Below, piece after piece: positions 50,477-62,627 of a stretch of 64,000 nucleotides of DNA (its first letter is position 1; every line of letters starts with the position of its first letter). Source of the DNA: Camelus ferus (lineage: Eukaryota); assembly GCF_009834535.1 (NCBI RefSeq), contig NC_045698.1:13456001-13520000 (forward strand). Reading direction: 5' to 3'. Below the pieces are notes generated by a model. That model was given only the letters and a program-made list of their open reading frames with translations, ran no database searches and was not told where the DNA came from. The position numbers and the translations under genes are program-made.

Positions 50477-50817
50477 TGTAAAAATTACTAAACAGAAATC
50501 TCAGTTAAATAGAGTGGTGAGACCAGAAGGGGGAGCGCTCACCCCCTGTGACAATAGTCCAGCCCAACAGGAAGAAAGAAAACTCCTCTTCTTCCCTGAG
50601 AAGGACTCAACCAATAAAAAACCATGCACTCTTCGCTTACTATAGCCCCCCCAAAGTCCTTTTCCTCTCCAAGAAGCGTTCTCCTTCCCTTGCTGATAAG
50701 AGGACTTGCCCATGGCTTACCAGGGTTGCAGATCCCAAATTGCAATTCTTGGCTGATTCTGACCAAACTCATCTTTGCTGGTGAAATATCTGGCAGTCTA
50801 TTTGTTTCAGGTCAATG
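50477..50817 (+). mobile_element. Solo ERV1-type LTR (341 bp)
   Basis: Starts TGTAAAAA and ends CAGGTCAATG (expected CA mutated); 4-bp TSD TAAG (50473-50476 / 50818-50821). Confidence 0.85.
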
Positions 50818-50919
50818 TAAGTGAGTGGGGAAGAAAAAAAAAAAGTCTGGGTAGGTGCAGTGCCTTGAGAGGCAAATAAGAAAATACTTCAAGATAAACA
50901 TAGCGTGGTCCTGATTTAA

Positions 50920-50954
50920 AGAGAGAGAGAGAGAAACAAAGAGAGAGAGAGAGA
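50920..50954. repeat. (GA)n microsatellite
   Basis: Visible directly. Confidence 0.85.
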
Positions 50955-51362
50955 ATGTCAATGTACCTGATGGTTAAGCAAGAAAAACAAATCAGAAAAT
51001 GTCCTTCAGGTTTAGTAAGAGAAGCTCACTAACATTGTCAAGAGACATTTCATTGGCATATTGAGGCTCAACCAATTTAGAAGTAAATAAGAGTTAGAAG
51101 AGTGGAGACAGTGGGATGCACAGACCATGGTAAGTATGATGTAGACGGTAATTCAAGGGAGAAATATGATAGATGAAAATCTTTCTTTATGGAAGATGCA
51201 TGAACACACTCAAGTATGTAAATATTGATTTGACATTAGAGAGGGAAACAGTTAAGAGATGTTAATAGGGGACATAGAAATTCCATATAAGGCAATGTGT
51301 GTTAATTCATTGGGACTTCTAACTGATTTTCTTATTCATTATATTGATTCAACCATATGAAC

Positions 51363-51576
51363 CAGAATTTCTCAATCTCAGTATTGTTGACTTTGAGGAA
51401 TAGACAATTCTTTGCTGTAAGATGCTGTTCTTGTGCTTTGCAAAATATTAGTAGCACTTCTGACCTCTAGACACTAGCTGCTAATACCACTCTTAGTCAT
51501 GGCAACTAAAAATTCTCCAGTCATTGCAAATATACTATGAGGAAGGGTAAGTTCACCTTATTTGGGTGCCACACTG
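51363..51576 (+). mobile_element. MER20 (hAT-Charlie DNA transposon)
   Basis: CAG...CTG termini; TTTCTCAATCTCAGTATTGTTGACTTT...AATTCTTTGCTGT; 8-bp TSD ATATGAAC / ATCTGAAC. Confidence 0.88.
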
Positions 51577-52279
51577 ATCTGAACTAAGGAATACGTTTCA
51601 AGACAAAATTCTAATAATGTTCTTAATCTCTAAAACACAATTATGAATTTGTATTACTTTTATTTTAATCACTGTCTGAACAGGAAAGAAACACTGTATA
51701 TTTTATTTGGAAAAGTTTAAATCTTTGCATTCAAATAAAGTGAAATATTTTGAAAGCTAACCTGGCATGTTAGATTCCTTATAGCTTGCAAGTCACTTTA
51801 AAACATTTTCACAGTGTGAAAACTATAGTTATCCGATGAGAGACCTAATTTAGAGGTTAGCATTCAAGTTATGAGTATAGCCGTAGGGAAAAAAATGAGG
51901 TGAGAAATGGGGCCCATATTCCAGAATTCAATATTACCTAAAGAAATGAGACTATCCAGTATTATTTGGAGGAAAAGCGATATAACCCTTAAAGTGGTCT
52001 CTGGAAGAAATAAAGAATTCAGAGTAAGTAGATTTATTAATGACGTTTACAAGTGATGCTTTCCACAAAATACCACCATAAGTTCTGTAAAATCCTTTAT
52101 CAAAAAACATAGATATACAATGATTAAATTTTTTTTTTAAAAAGCCACTTATTTTTTTAAAATATAAACACATACTTTACTCATGGGCCATGAGGCTCTT
52201 TTTGGTGGCCTCCTGATTTAAAGGAGTCATATTCTTTGTGTGACATGAAGCCCTCTGGCCCGTTGCTAAAATAGGTTGG

Positions 52280-52685
52280 ATGCTTTCCCATTTTAAATCT
52301 ATGAAATAAAATACAAGGAATTACAAAGTAAACTAATTATACTGAAGTATAGATGTCAAATTTTAAATATGGTGTGTTAATGTAAATACATTTTAAATAA
52401 ATGCAGTAAAATAAATTAATGGTAGGTGTAATAAAAACATAATTTCAAAATAGGGATAAACATATATGCTATATTATAATCTATGTAATATCTGATATGA
52501 AAATATTTATGGTTTCCATTAAACCAAAGGTTCTGCTGTGATTTCCCCAGCCCTTTATTGATAAATGAAAGAAATACTAAAATGCACTCAGAGGTTAGTT
52601 AAAATAAATACATTTTTTTTTCCAAAATGAATTCATGACTCACCCATATTCTTGGATTCCTGGAGTTAATTGGAAGAATCAATGC
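52280..52685. mobile_element. hAT-Charlie family remnant (Charlie7/MER119-like)
   Basis: GATATGAAAATATTTATGGTTTCCATT; CAGAGGTTAGTTAAAATAAA match my recall of the Charlie subterminal region. Confidence 0.6.
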
Positions 52686-53029
52686 TTTAAAAGGGCATTT
52701 CTATGCTGCTTAGAAAATTTTTAATTCTGTTTGCATAGTTTAAGAATAAAGAGAGTGAATGTCAAAAATTGCACTCATAGTTTGTCATGAACACTCTTTT
52801 TAATAATGATTAAAACGGAAGAATCTTACAGCATGTTTTAATTAGACATGGATGGTGTGAACCAAAGTGTTTCCTGCTCACTGATGGAAACAGCTATTCA
52901 TTAGTTGTTTACCTGTAATGTAGTCACATTGTTTGGTCACAAAATCAACTTAAACTCACTGCTTGTGAAAGGATTGTAATCATCATTGTAGGTTCATTGT
53001 TTTCTTATACTTTCAACATGTATCAATCA

Positions 53030-53410
53030 TTTCTTCTTTTCTGATAATATTTCTTCAACATTCTATACCACTGACTTCGATTTCATATTTTTTAAATTCT
53101 TATATTCTCTGACATCAGAATTTGTTGGTTTTGCTAATTGCCTTTGTCAGGGATTTCTCAGCCTCCTCTGTAAGGTCTTTTTGTGCTTCTCTTTTTCTAA
53201 ATCTAATTCTCAGACTTGTTACCCAGTGTTTCCCATCTCAATCTGTATTCATCATCTATCCCATTGTATAACTCAGAATACTGAGATATTCCCTCTTACC
53301 TTTTACCCAAGAAGCTTTAGTGCCCAATGACTTTTACCACAAAAATGTATTTAATCTACTTACTTCTCTTCATCACCACTGTTACCAACTCTAGCGTTTG
53401 TCCCTCATTA
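53030..53410 (+). mobile_element. L2 remnant
   Basis: Pyrimidine-rich: TTCCCATCTCAAT...CATCTATCCCATTG; TACTTCTCTTCATCACCACTGTTACCA. Confidence 0.55.
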
Positions 53411-53751
53411 TTTTGACTTTTTGATAGTTTATAGGACTTTGATCTATGCAAATATTCAAGATGAGATTGTAAATTCCTGGCATGCTTGATAGTTTGATCT
53501 GGATATGTGATCAAGATCTGTTCAGTCTTCTCTGAGAAAAAGCAATATGTGCAACTTCTCCACCATGTCTACCGAGAACGCACTTTCTCCCTTTTTCTTT
53601 TTCCCAGTCCTGCTTAATGGAAAGCAGACAACAGTGATGAATTACTTTGAACAATCCAGGCAAGAACAACATCTTAGAAAAATGTAGACAAGGAACATCA
53701 TATTCTTGTTTAACAGAGGTTTTTTTTTTTTTTTTTCCACATTTTTATTGT

Positions 53752-54183
53752 ACTGTCATGATTCAGCTAGAAGTTGTCAGTTTCCCTGGTTGAGCAGTCA
53801 GTTAAGTCCACACTCCTACCCACTCCTCTAATGGAACTCTCACACTTCACGGCCACCATACACCAGCCTTAACTGCTCCAGGGTCAAGGGCCAGGTAGTT
53901 AGGGACAGTCCCTGTGACTCAGAGCCTACTGCAATTCTTTAAATCAGCCAAACCACATGGAGCCCTTGATACTAGCTAATTTCACCCCACTTCCCATATG
54001 TACAATGTCCCCACAGCTCCAGTATGCTGTTGCCCTTTCTCTGTGTAGACTTCTGTGTGTCCAGGCCTGGCAGCCTTCTCTTATTTGGAGCTGTACATAA
54101 GTGATAACCTGCCTTTCATCTGTCTGAGTGTCGTTGTGTTGTGCCCTGCCCCATTTAAAAGATCCTTTAAATCTCATAAAACA
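53752..54183 (+). mobile_element. ERVL-type LTR (MER54/MER74-like)
   Basis: GGGCCAGGTAGTTAGGGACAG...CAGAGCCTACTGCAATTCTTTAAATCAGCCAA; ends CATAAAACA. Confidence 0.72.
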
Positions 54184-54334
54184 CATTGATATTTTAGAGC
54201 GATCATGACTTCCTTAGACCACTCTATGCTCTGACTCTTAGGTGCATAAGAAGTCATCTTCTACCACGTTTCAGTATCGTTTGTGCTTTGCTCTCTGTTA
54301 AAAAAATTGAAAGTATGTTAAGTCATATTGTATT

Positions 54335-54920
54335 AAGTATAATGACAGCTTCCAAAGTAATTCCATGCAGAGGAGACTTTGAAAAGGTAATTATAATTAC
54401 TGAATAGTTGGCATTAAAATAGGGAGGTTATTCTGGATTGCTTGGGCAGACCCAGTGTACTCATACAAGTCCTGTGATGGTTAATTTTATGTGTCGTCTT
54501 GGCCAGGCTTTGATGCTTAGATGTTTGGTCAAACAATTTCTATATTACAAACAATATTGTATTATAGAAATCCTGCCTGAGGTTCCAGCCTGTCAGCCAG
54601 TCCTACTGATGTCGGATTTGTCAGTTCCCATAATCAAATGAGCCTGTAAGCCAATTCCTTAAAATCTCTCTTTCATATATATATATATATATATGTATTC
54701 CAGAATACTTTTACTGGTAAAACCCTCAAAGCAGAAGCAGAGAGAGATTAGAAGCACAAAAATTCAATGTACTATGCTGGTTTGGAGATCCAGGGGGTCA
54801 TGTTTCAAGAAAATGAGAGTTACAACTGCAAGAAATTGAATTAAGTTTAATTCAATTAAATTCTGCCATCATCCTGAATGAGCTTGGAAGTACCTTCCCC
54901 AGAGCCTCCAGATATAAAAG
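54335..54920 (+). mobile_element. MLT1 (D/E/F-like) LTR split by an MLT2 LTR
   Basis: AAAATAGGGAGGTTATTCTGGATT ... ACAACTGCAAGAAATTGAATT...CTGAATGAGCTTGGAAG...CCCAGAGCCTCCAGAT. Confidence 0.8.
54473..54720 (+). mobile_element. MLT2 (ERVL) LTR, internally deleted, with (TA)n
   Basis: Starts TGTGATGGTTAATTTTATGTGTC; AGCCAATTCCTTAAAATCTCTCT followed by (TA)n. Confidence 0.88.
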
Positions 54921-55298
54921 TATAATTGCCATGGCATCATATTTATGACCTGATTTAAGTGAAAAGATAAGAGCATAATATGATGTATGTAATGCACTTT
55001 CACTTACATATATATCAACATTTCCCAGCAACTTTAATAAAATGTTAGTGTCCTGAGGTATGATCACATCTATTTTGAGAAAAACTATCTGTAGATGTTG
55101 AAAGTTATTTTTCCGTTTATTATTTAACCTTGAGGCTGAAATTTAAAATATTTAAAACTAGAACAATGGCATTTTTAGAGCCTTTAACAAGTGTTGAGAG
55201 TCTAAAATGTGTCTCCATTGAGACCACCCTTTTCTTGGAGGGACATATTTCATGAAGCTGTTACTTAAGCTCATATGAAACAAACATCCACCCATGGC

Positions 55299-55430
55299 TA
55301 GGATGACCATATGCCTCAGTGCAGCCTGCTCAGGTTTGATTTAATCACAATCATAGCATAATTATTAATAGCACTCTTTTCACATTCAGCCAAGTGTCCT
55401 AATCTTGCCAAAAAACTGTATGGTCATTGT
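55299..55430. mobile_element. MER94 (hAT-Blackjack)
   Basis: TIR-like TAGGATGACCATA ... TATGGTCATT; internal TAATTATTAATAGCACTCTTTTCAC. Confidence 0.75.
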
Positions 55431-56076
55431 TCTTATAGAAAACACAAACCTGCCCACAGTATGTTTACATATTTACACACACATTTAGCTGTGCATGATT
55501 GTTTGTAGGGACATATGTACTTCTCTCTCTGCCTGTCTGTGCTTTATATATATAAATATATATGTATATAGTGACAGTTATTGGCAAAGAACATTATCAG
55601 TGTGAAATACTATGGTGTTAAATGGATGATTTTAATTGGAGAGGACATGAAACAGGAGCCAGGTGAACATACAGTCTGAGAAAAAGAGAGCATGATAAAG
55701 TCTGAAATCCTAGAGTACGCAGCTAGCTTACGCAGGAAGGGAGCCTTCTGGAGACCAAGAAGAGAGACTTCCCCAAGGAAAGCCCCATGAAGGGACAGGA
55801 TATAGCGCCATAGACATGTAACACGAGAGGGCGAAAAATGGTGAAGGGTGTAGTGTAGGGCATTGGACTGGAAAGATGAGAAAAAGCGAACAGAATGGAT
55901 GGATATACACTCCTAGGAGAATCTCAGAAATGCTCATTTGGACAGAGAAGAAAATATGAAATTTATGCTGTTACAACTGATACAATCTCAGAGCTAATAT
56001 ACTTTGATAATTAACCAAAATATAACCCAATTTTATATCTAAATTTGGTGAAATAAAGCATTCCAGTTGGATAGGC

Positions 56077-56108
56077 AGATGGATGGATGGATGGAGGGAG
56101 GGAGGGAG
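56077..56108. repeat. (GATG)n(GAGG)n tetranucleotide repeat
   Basis: Visible directly. Confidence 0.85.
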
Positions 56109-57079
56109 AAAGAGATCACAAAGTGTTGGTAGAAATGTTAAGTATCAGGTCAAATATTCCCCATGGTGATAAACATATACTTCACTGACTCTTCTACATT
56201 CAAACCAAGGTAAACTCCAGAATAAAATATTGTCAATTCCTTCCACTACTGACAAATATTAGTGATGCTTCATTGTCATTTTCTGTCTCAGCCATCTAGT
56301 TATTTTTTATTCCTTGGAGCTTGCTCTGTTTTGCTTAGCTTTGAGAGATTCTACAAAAATTATTTACTCCATCACTTCTGAAAAGTGCAGATGGTGTGAC
56401 AGGGACGAAAGCACAACTAAGAAGACTCTGACTACGACTGTGTTGAAAATAAAATAAATTAAACTGATGGAAAAATGATTAAATGTGCCCGTGTGAATGA
56501 AACAAATTATTCGGTAGGGAGGATTCTGAAGGATAAGAAATAAATAAAACAGAACATAGAAACTGCTGTGAGTATGTCATTGACAACAATCATCAAGACA
56601 AATACATGATAAAAAGGAAGACATAAAATAAGAAATAAAATACTCTATGGCTAGGCACAAGCCCTAGAGTTTTACTAAACAAAGCAACACCAAAATCATC
56701 AGTTACTAATTAAAACAAGCAAAAGGAAGCATAACATTACAAATGTATTTCAGATGGCTCTGTAGGTACAAAATCTATTGTAATCTGCATAATTTTCCTG
56801 TGTGTTGGTGATAAAGGCAAATAAATATGATCTTTATTAGGGTACATTGTCTATATATGTATCATTTTTTTAACAACTGGTCACCCCTCAGAAGTAGTAA
56901 CTGTGTTTTTCCCATATTTGCACCAATCTTTTATACTTAACATTGTCCATTAACAAACTAACTTAAACCCACACCATTTTATATGTATTCTAAATTTCCC
57001 ATTTTGATAGTTTTCATTTTTTTATGATTTAATTGGAGTGGTTTTTTTTTTTTTTTTGAAAATTTTTGTTTTCTTGAAG

Positions 57080-57188
57080 TGGTTTACCAAAAGTTTTCAG
57101 GCAGCTGTCAAATGGCAAAGCCAGGATTTGAACCCAAGCCACTAGGCTTTAGAGTTCGTTTCTGTTACCACTGAGCTGTGTTGGCTAT
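57080..57188 (-). mobile_element. MIR fragment
   Basis: AAATGGCAAAGCCAGGATTTGAACCCAAG (antisense B-box region). Confidence 0.8.
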
Positions 57189-59609
57189 GTTCACTTGAAA
57201 TCCCCAAAGCAGTTTTGTGGTCTTTATATTTGAATGGCATCTTGTATGTATATAAAAAAAAATAGTAATCCATATACTTTCTCATTACCTTTAGATGGTG
57301 GAGAGCTCATGTCTAAAATACACTACTTTTGTTTTTCTTTGTTTTAAGGAAAACAGTAAAAAAAAATCCCTAGTTGTATTTAGGGGAAAAGAATTTAGAA
57401 TATACTCCTACTTTTCCATTCACATGCATTATTTTTCACACTCTTCGATAATTTCTAAAAGCTTGTCTTTTTTTTATACTTAAAATTTTTCATTTTCACT
57501 GCAGAATCCACATTTGCCAGTGAACCGCGGGTGCAGTGGGTGAAGTGTCCTTTGCTCATCTGTGGTCACGTGGGCACTCCAGCTTTCCTCGCTTAGAAGG
57601 CAACTCTTAGGAATACTCATCTCAAGCAAGTAGTGCTATTTTGTGCACCTGATCATCTGATGTTAGATTACCTCCCATCGGATTACCTGGTCCTCTGGTT
57701 TACTTAGAGAGTCAGAAATGTGAGTTGTCTTAAAGGATCAGATACAAAATACTGCATTCCCACTACTCTGACTCCTAGCATGGACTACATTCAAACAATT
57801 TGGGGGTCAGTTATTTTTGTTATTTTCTTAAATTACATTGGTTCCATACCACAACGCTATTCTATTTTCTATTACCATTGACATAAAGATTTGGAACATC
57901 TGAATAGATGATAGAAATTATCCTTTTGTCTTAGAATATATTCCCACAAATTTGGGATGGCTACTTTTGTCTATTTATTTTCCTGGACGATGGAAGCTCT
58001 GAATACAAAGATTACATCAGAGAGCAGAATTAATCCAATGCCTTTATTATCTATGTCAGTATCTAGATCGTTAGCTATGGCATTACTGTGTGTTTGATAT
58101 GACAAATGAACATACATAATATTCTGCTGGCAATACAGGCAAAGCTTATGATGAATAGTGCAATAACATGCTTCCAGATTAATTTTTACAGACAATGCAT
58201 TCAGAAAAAAAGGGCTGTCCCTTGCACCTGCCCTTTCTATATGCCTTGTCTTCTTTCCCCCACACACCTATTAGCCATCAACCACTGCCAACCACCTTTT
58301 GTGGATTCTCGTTTATGACTTCAGTTTTTTGGCTTTTGGTGCTCTTGCATTCTCTTTACTTTCTCAGCACTGCTGCCCATATTTTAATAGGAAGTTAGTG
58401 ATGCCAACTACAGGGCTTGAGATGGAGGAGTGTTTTACAGATTGCACAGAATTATTTTAAATTCAATCTTGCCAAAGAGTTTACTCTAACACATTTCACT
58501 GATGTTATATAAGGAGCTACCTTTTTTACCATGGTCAGGAATTAAGTCAGCTCCAGCCATGAAGTCTTCCACTCAGACAACAATCTGTCTTGTGCAGCGG
58601 GCGCGCCCACTGAGGTACACCTAGGCCAAAGCTTCGTTTCTACAAGGTACACACAATTTTCCCCATGTTTATTTCACATAATAAAACATGCTCTAGTATA
58701 TGAATTAGTCTACCATTTAATTTTGAAGCACAACATTTCAATTTAGACCTCTTATTCTTTGATGCCCTAATGCATGTATTTTTTAACTGACCACATTTGG
58801 AAGAAATATGCAAATTATCGTAATTATATTGTGTTGATCCCCAAGTTTGCCTTTAATTTTTAAAAATGAGGTCATAACTCTCTAGTATAGGCTTTTTATC
58901 AGTCCCTTGACATATTCATAGTCACCCAGCAAATATTATAGTTATAATATGATATATCTGTCTTAGTTGCTTTAGAAATGCATGGATTAAATAAACATTT
59001 TTCCTGGTCCTTCAAGTCTGATTTTACTGAGCACTCACAAAATATTGTAAATCTGATGAAAGAGAGGGAGAGAGAGAGAAATTAATAGTGTAGAGTAGTT
59101 TAGAGTAGCTCTTCTTTGTGAATTTAAAACAGCTGAAAGGTACAGGGAAATTTCACTTTGAGAGATAATCCCTGAGTTTGCTCCTAGTAGATGGACTGAA
59201 TTTGGATATATGTCAACGTCAAATAAGGCATTTTAAGTTGGTGAAGGGTTGATGGCAATAGAAATACTTTGTTCCATATGCCTCATATTTTATCATTTCT
59301 TCCTTATTCACTGTGTGTCACATTAGAAATACATAGTTAAAACAGACAGAATTAGTGTCCTAAGATTTTTTAAAAATTGTTTATTTGCCCATTGTGTAGT
59401 TTTAAAACACTTTTTTAAAATTAGTATTCTATGTTCAGATGTGCTTAACTATTATCAAAATTATTGAAAACAACAAACTGAAACTCTCATAACAAGTAGC
59501 CTTGAAAAATGTCTTTCATAATCAACTGGTTTATCCCAATAGTCAATTATTGTCTCTCTAGTCTATTTGGTAAAGAAGACTAATGTGTATTTTTTTCATT
59601 TATTTTAAA

Positions 59610-59785
59610 ATTTTTTAATTTAAATTTAAATTTTTTGAAGTATGGTTGATTTACAATATTTTGTTAGTTTTAGGTGTACAGCAAAGTGATCTGGTTATAC
59701 ATACATATGTGTATATATCTATATTCTTTTTTATTCTTTTCCATTATAATTTATTATAAGATATTAACTATAGTTTCCTATGTAT
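59610..59785 (-). mobile_element. Young L1 3' end
   Basis: TTGAAGTATGGTTGATTTACAATATT...GGTGTACAGCAAAGTGAT...TTCTTTTCCATTATA. Confidence 0.85.
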
Positions 59786-61859
59786 ACTTTGCTTTTACAT
59801 TTTCATTTTTTCACTCTTGTCTATGAAAAATTAGGTGTAGACAAATATTTTGTCATGTGACATTTCAAATGTGTCTATATCACATCCAAAATATAAATGT
59901 TAATTTAGATAATATTCTGTTGTGATATTTTAAGGGTTAATGACAGTGAAGAATGTAATCGAGTATTATTCATTCCCAGAGTAACACAGAAATATCAGTG
60001 TCACTGTGTTAAAAACATAGTGTTATAAACACAGCCTGGTAAATTCCATTGGAAAAAAACATGTTGATCAAACCTTAGGGGGGAACTAGATTGTCTCCAT
60101 TATAAGCAGTTCTGTGGAAACAAATTTGAAATTTATATACTTTGTTCTACTGGGGCTTTGAACAACTCAACTATATAATATTTCAGAAGAAGCAACAAGT
60201 GTGTTAAGAAAGGAAACGAATGCTTTGTAGAAGTCAGACTAATCAAGGAAAACAGTGCTACAGCATATGTTGTTTTCTCTGCAGAAAAATCCAAATGGGA
60301 CATTCAGATGACTGAGACCGAAATTAATTTTATAGGCATTAACATTTGTGGGTGTTTCACACATGGAAGTGGAGAACATTTCCCTTGATAGTAAAACAAA
60401 ATGCAGTATCAGGAGGGACATAAACTGAAACTCACAGCTCCTTACCATCAATTGAGTTTTACATCAACTTTGTTTTCATTGTTCTCACAAAATGTATACA
60501 GTGTTTGCCTACCAAAACACGTTGGTTAAAATAATGATAGATACTTTTAAACTAAATGGATGCTAATTTAATATTGCTCAATCATTTATCTAACTTCAAG
60601 AAATGTCCCCTTGGCTTATAAGTATTTGGTGTCAATTCTCCACATTTTTGTGCTGTTTTGTAAAAGTAAAACATGAATTTTAAAAATGATTCCATAAACT
60701 TAACAGGTTAAAAATTTAGTATCGAAAAACATCAATCCCCACCACATTTTAAGTGTTCTGTAATGTTTTATGTTCTAATCAATTGAGGGGAAAAAAAAAA
60801 AAAAAACACTGTCTATGAAAAAACCTGTAACATCATAAGCATTACAACTGAAAATCTGATTTAAAACCTATCATTTGGATCTGTGAACAGAACTATTTAT
60901 TTATTAAGCAAGTATTTATCTATAAAACATTTTATATAAGCAACTGTGCTGGAGATTCAGACACTTTTCTAGTCCTCAAAAGTCTTAAAAAATAAACTTT
61001 ACATCGTGTCCCAATGGTTAACCTAATTTTGTCAATTACATTTCAACAAGGTCTATCTCAACGTGGCCATAAAATTTGCAACTTATAATGAACATGTTGT
61101 TTACTTTGTATTCAGTAGTAGAAATTGTGTCAAACTTTCTTATATTATAATTTATTTTGTTGAAATTTCAAAAATATGAGTGTTACTACGAAAATCCAGC
61201 CATAAATCACTTGTCTAAACAATCATATTTGACTAGGTAATATTAAGGTTCTTTTATATTTAAAAAATTTTTGATAACGTCACTATTTTATAGCACATAT
61301 ATTACTTGAACTTAATTTTAGATTTGGTTTGGTTTTTTATTTTATTATCATTTCAACACAGAATACTCTTTTGATGTGTTTAATGTGTTTCCATGATGCT
61401 TTGTACTCTCAAAATTAGTGTCTACTATTAGTTTCTTTTTCCTCTTAGCATCTGTAAATGGATATGAGCCACCATACGGAGCCAGTAAAAATGTTGCAAA
61501 TACTGGACTATAAGAAAAAGAAACCAGTTGACTAAAAAATAAGACCAAAATAATCTAATGACTAACTATTATAAATGTATTTTCCACATCAGAAGCTAAA
61601 CTAATAGACTCTGAGGTTTTGAGAATGAACAGTATGGTGGTGAGAGACCATATCATTTGAAAATATGTAAAGGTTAAAATATAAGTTACCTAGTGAAGCT
61701 AAGATCAATGCTCACCAGGTATCAGTCAGCCATCCTTATATTTAGGTCACCCATTTTAGTTCATTTTTAATATTTTATATTTTTGGCTTTCTTTTTGTCT
61801 TACCTCAGCTTTCTCTTTATCTATTCTCTTTTATTTGCTTTATTTGGATTATTATTTAC

Positions 61860-62620
61860 ATTAAATTTTTACCTCTACTTGTTAAAAAATTATATAGTCT
61901 GCTATTAATATTTTATTTAGCCTATAAATTTTAATAGGCTTATTTAGCATATGAAATGAAAAGGGATTATAATCATTAGCATTCTCAATCATATCATCCA
62001 ACTCAGAATACTTTAACCTTTTTCTCTGGAATATATATTCCATTGTTGTGATGCATTTTAGTTTTATTTTGTTCTCATAAATATGTTGTTCTGGTTTAAA
62101 ACAGTCAATGTTTACTTAGAATTAACGACATATTTGCCATCATCTTTGTTTATCATTCCTTCTGTGTTGTGGAACATTATGGGTGAAGAGTATTTTGAAA
62201 TGTTTTTAAGTAGGTTTTATTTTTGAAAAACTCTATTTTTTCCCATTTTTATCTATACATGTAATATATGTAAAGTCAAAGGACTTAGAATAACTAGGAC
62301 AAATATAAATCATAACATAAAAAATGGAAAACAATTCCTATCAGAGATAAGATATCAATAATTAATAAAGTGTAAGGAAAGAAATATGGACCAATACAGC
62401 AAAATAAAGACAGAGTCTAGAAACAGAGTGACAAGGTGCAGTAATCTGTTCCTAACAAAAACACCATTGTAACTGAGTATGGAAGTGATATAGTTCTGGG
62501 TTATGTGACTGTCCACGCAATTTGAGGTGCATTATATAACTAAATGTGAAAGGCAAAAACAATAAAATTCTTATTGGAGGGAAATACACTTACGGATTTG
62601 AAGTAAACAAATGTCTCTTA
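61860..62620. mobile_element. Old L1ME fragments (minus ~61860-62240, plus ~62260-62620)
   Basis: ACAGTCAATGTTTACTTAGAATTAAC (antisense); TAAATGTGAAAGGCAAAAACAATAAAATTCTTA (sense ORF2). Confidence 0.55.
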
Positions 62621-62627
62621 AACCTGA

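Larger units (their letters stand above)
49390..51290 (-). mobile_element. L2 remnant, interrupted by an LTR
   Basis: AAATAGACACTTAAAATACAATATGATAA; GGAAAAGAATGTTCCAAG; GGACTTTGTAAACCAGGATAAG; TTTTAAGCAG. Confidence 0.75.

Noticed and set aside
55700..55930. Purine-rich segment with several CpGs, considered as an exon or retrocopy
   Set aside because: No recognisable protein, splice sites or poly-A/TSD; may be a degraded repeat
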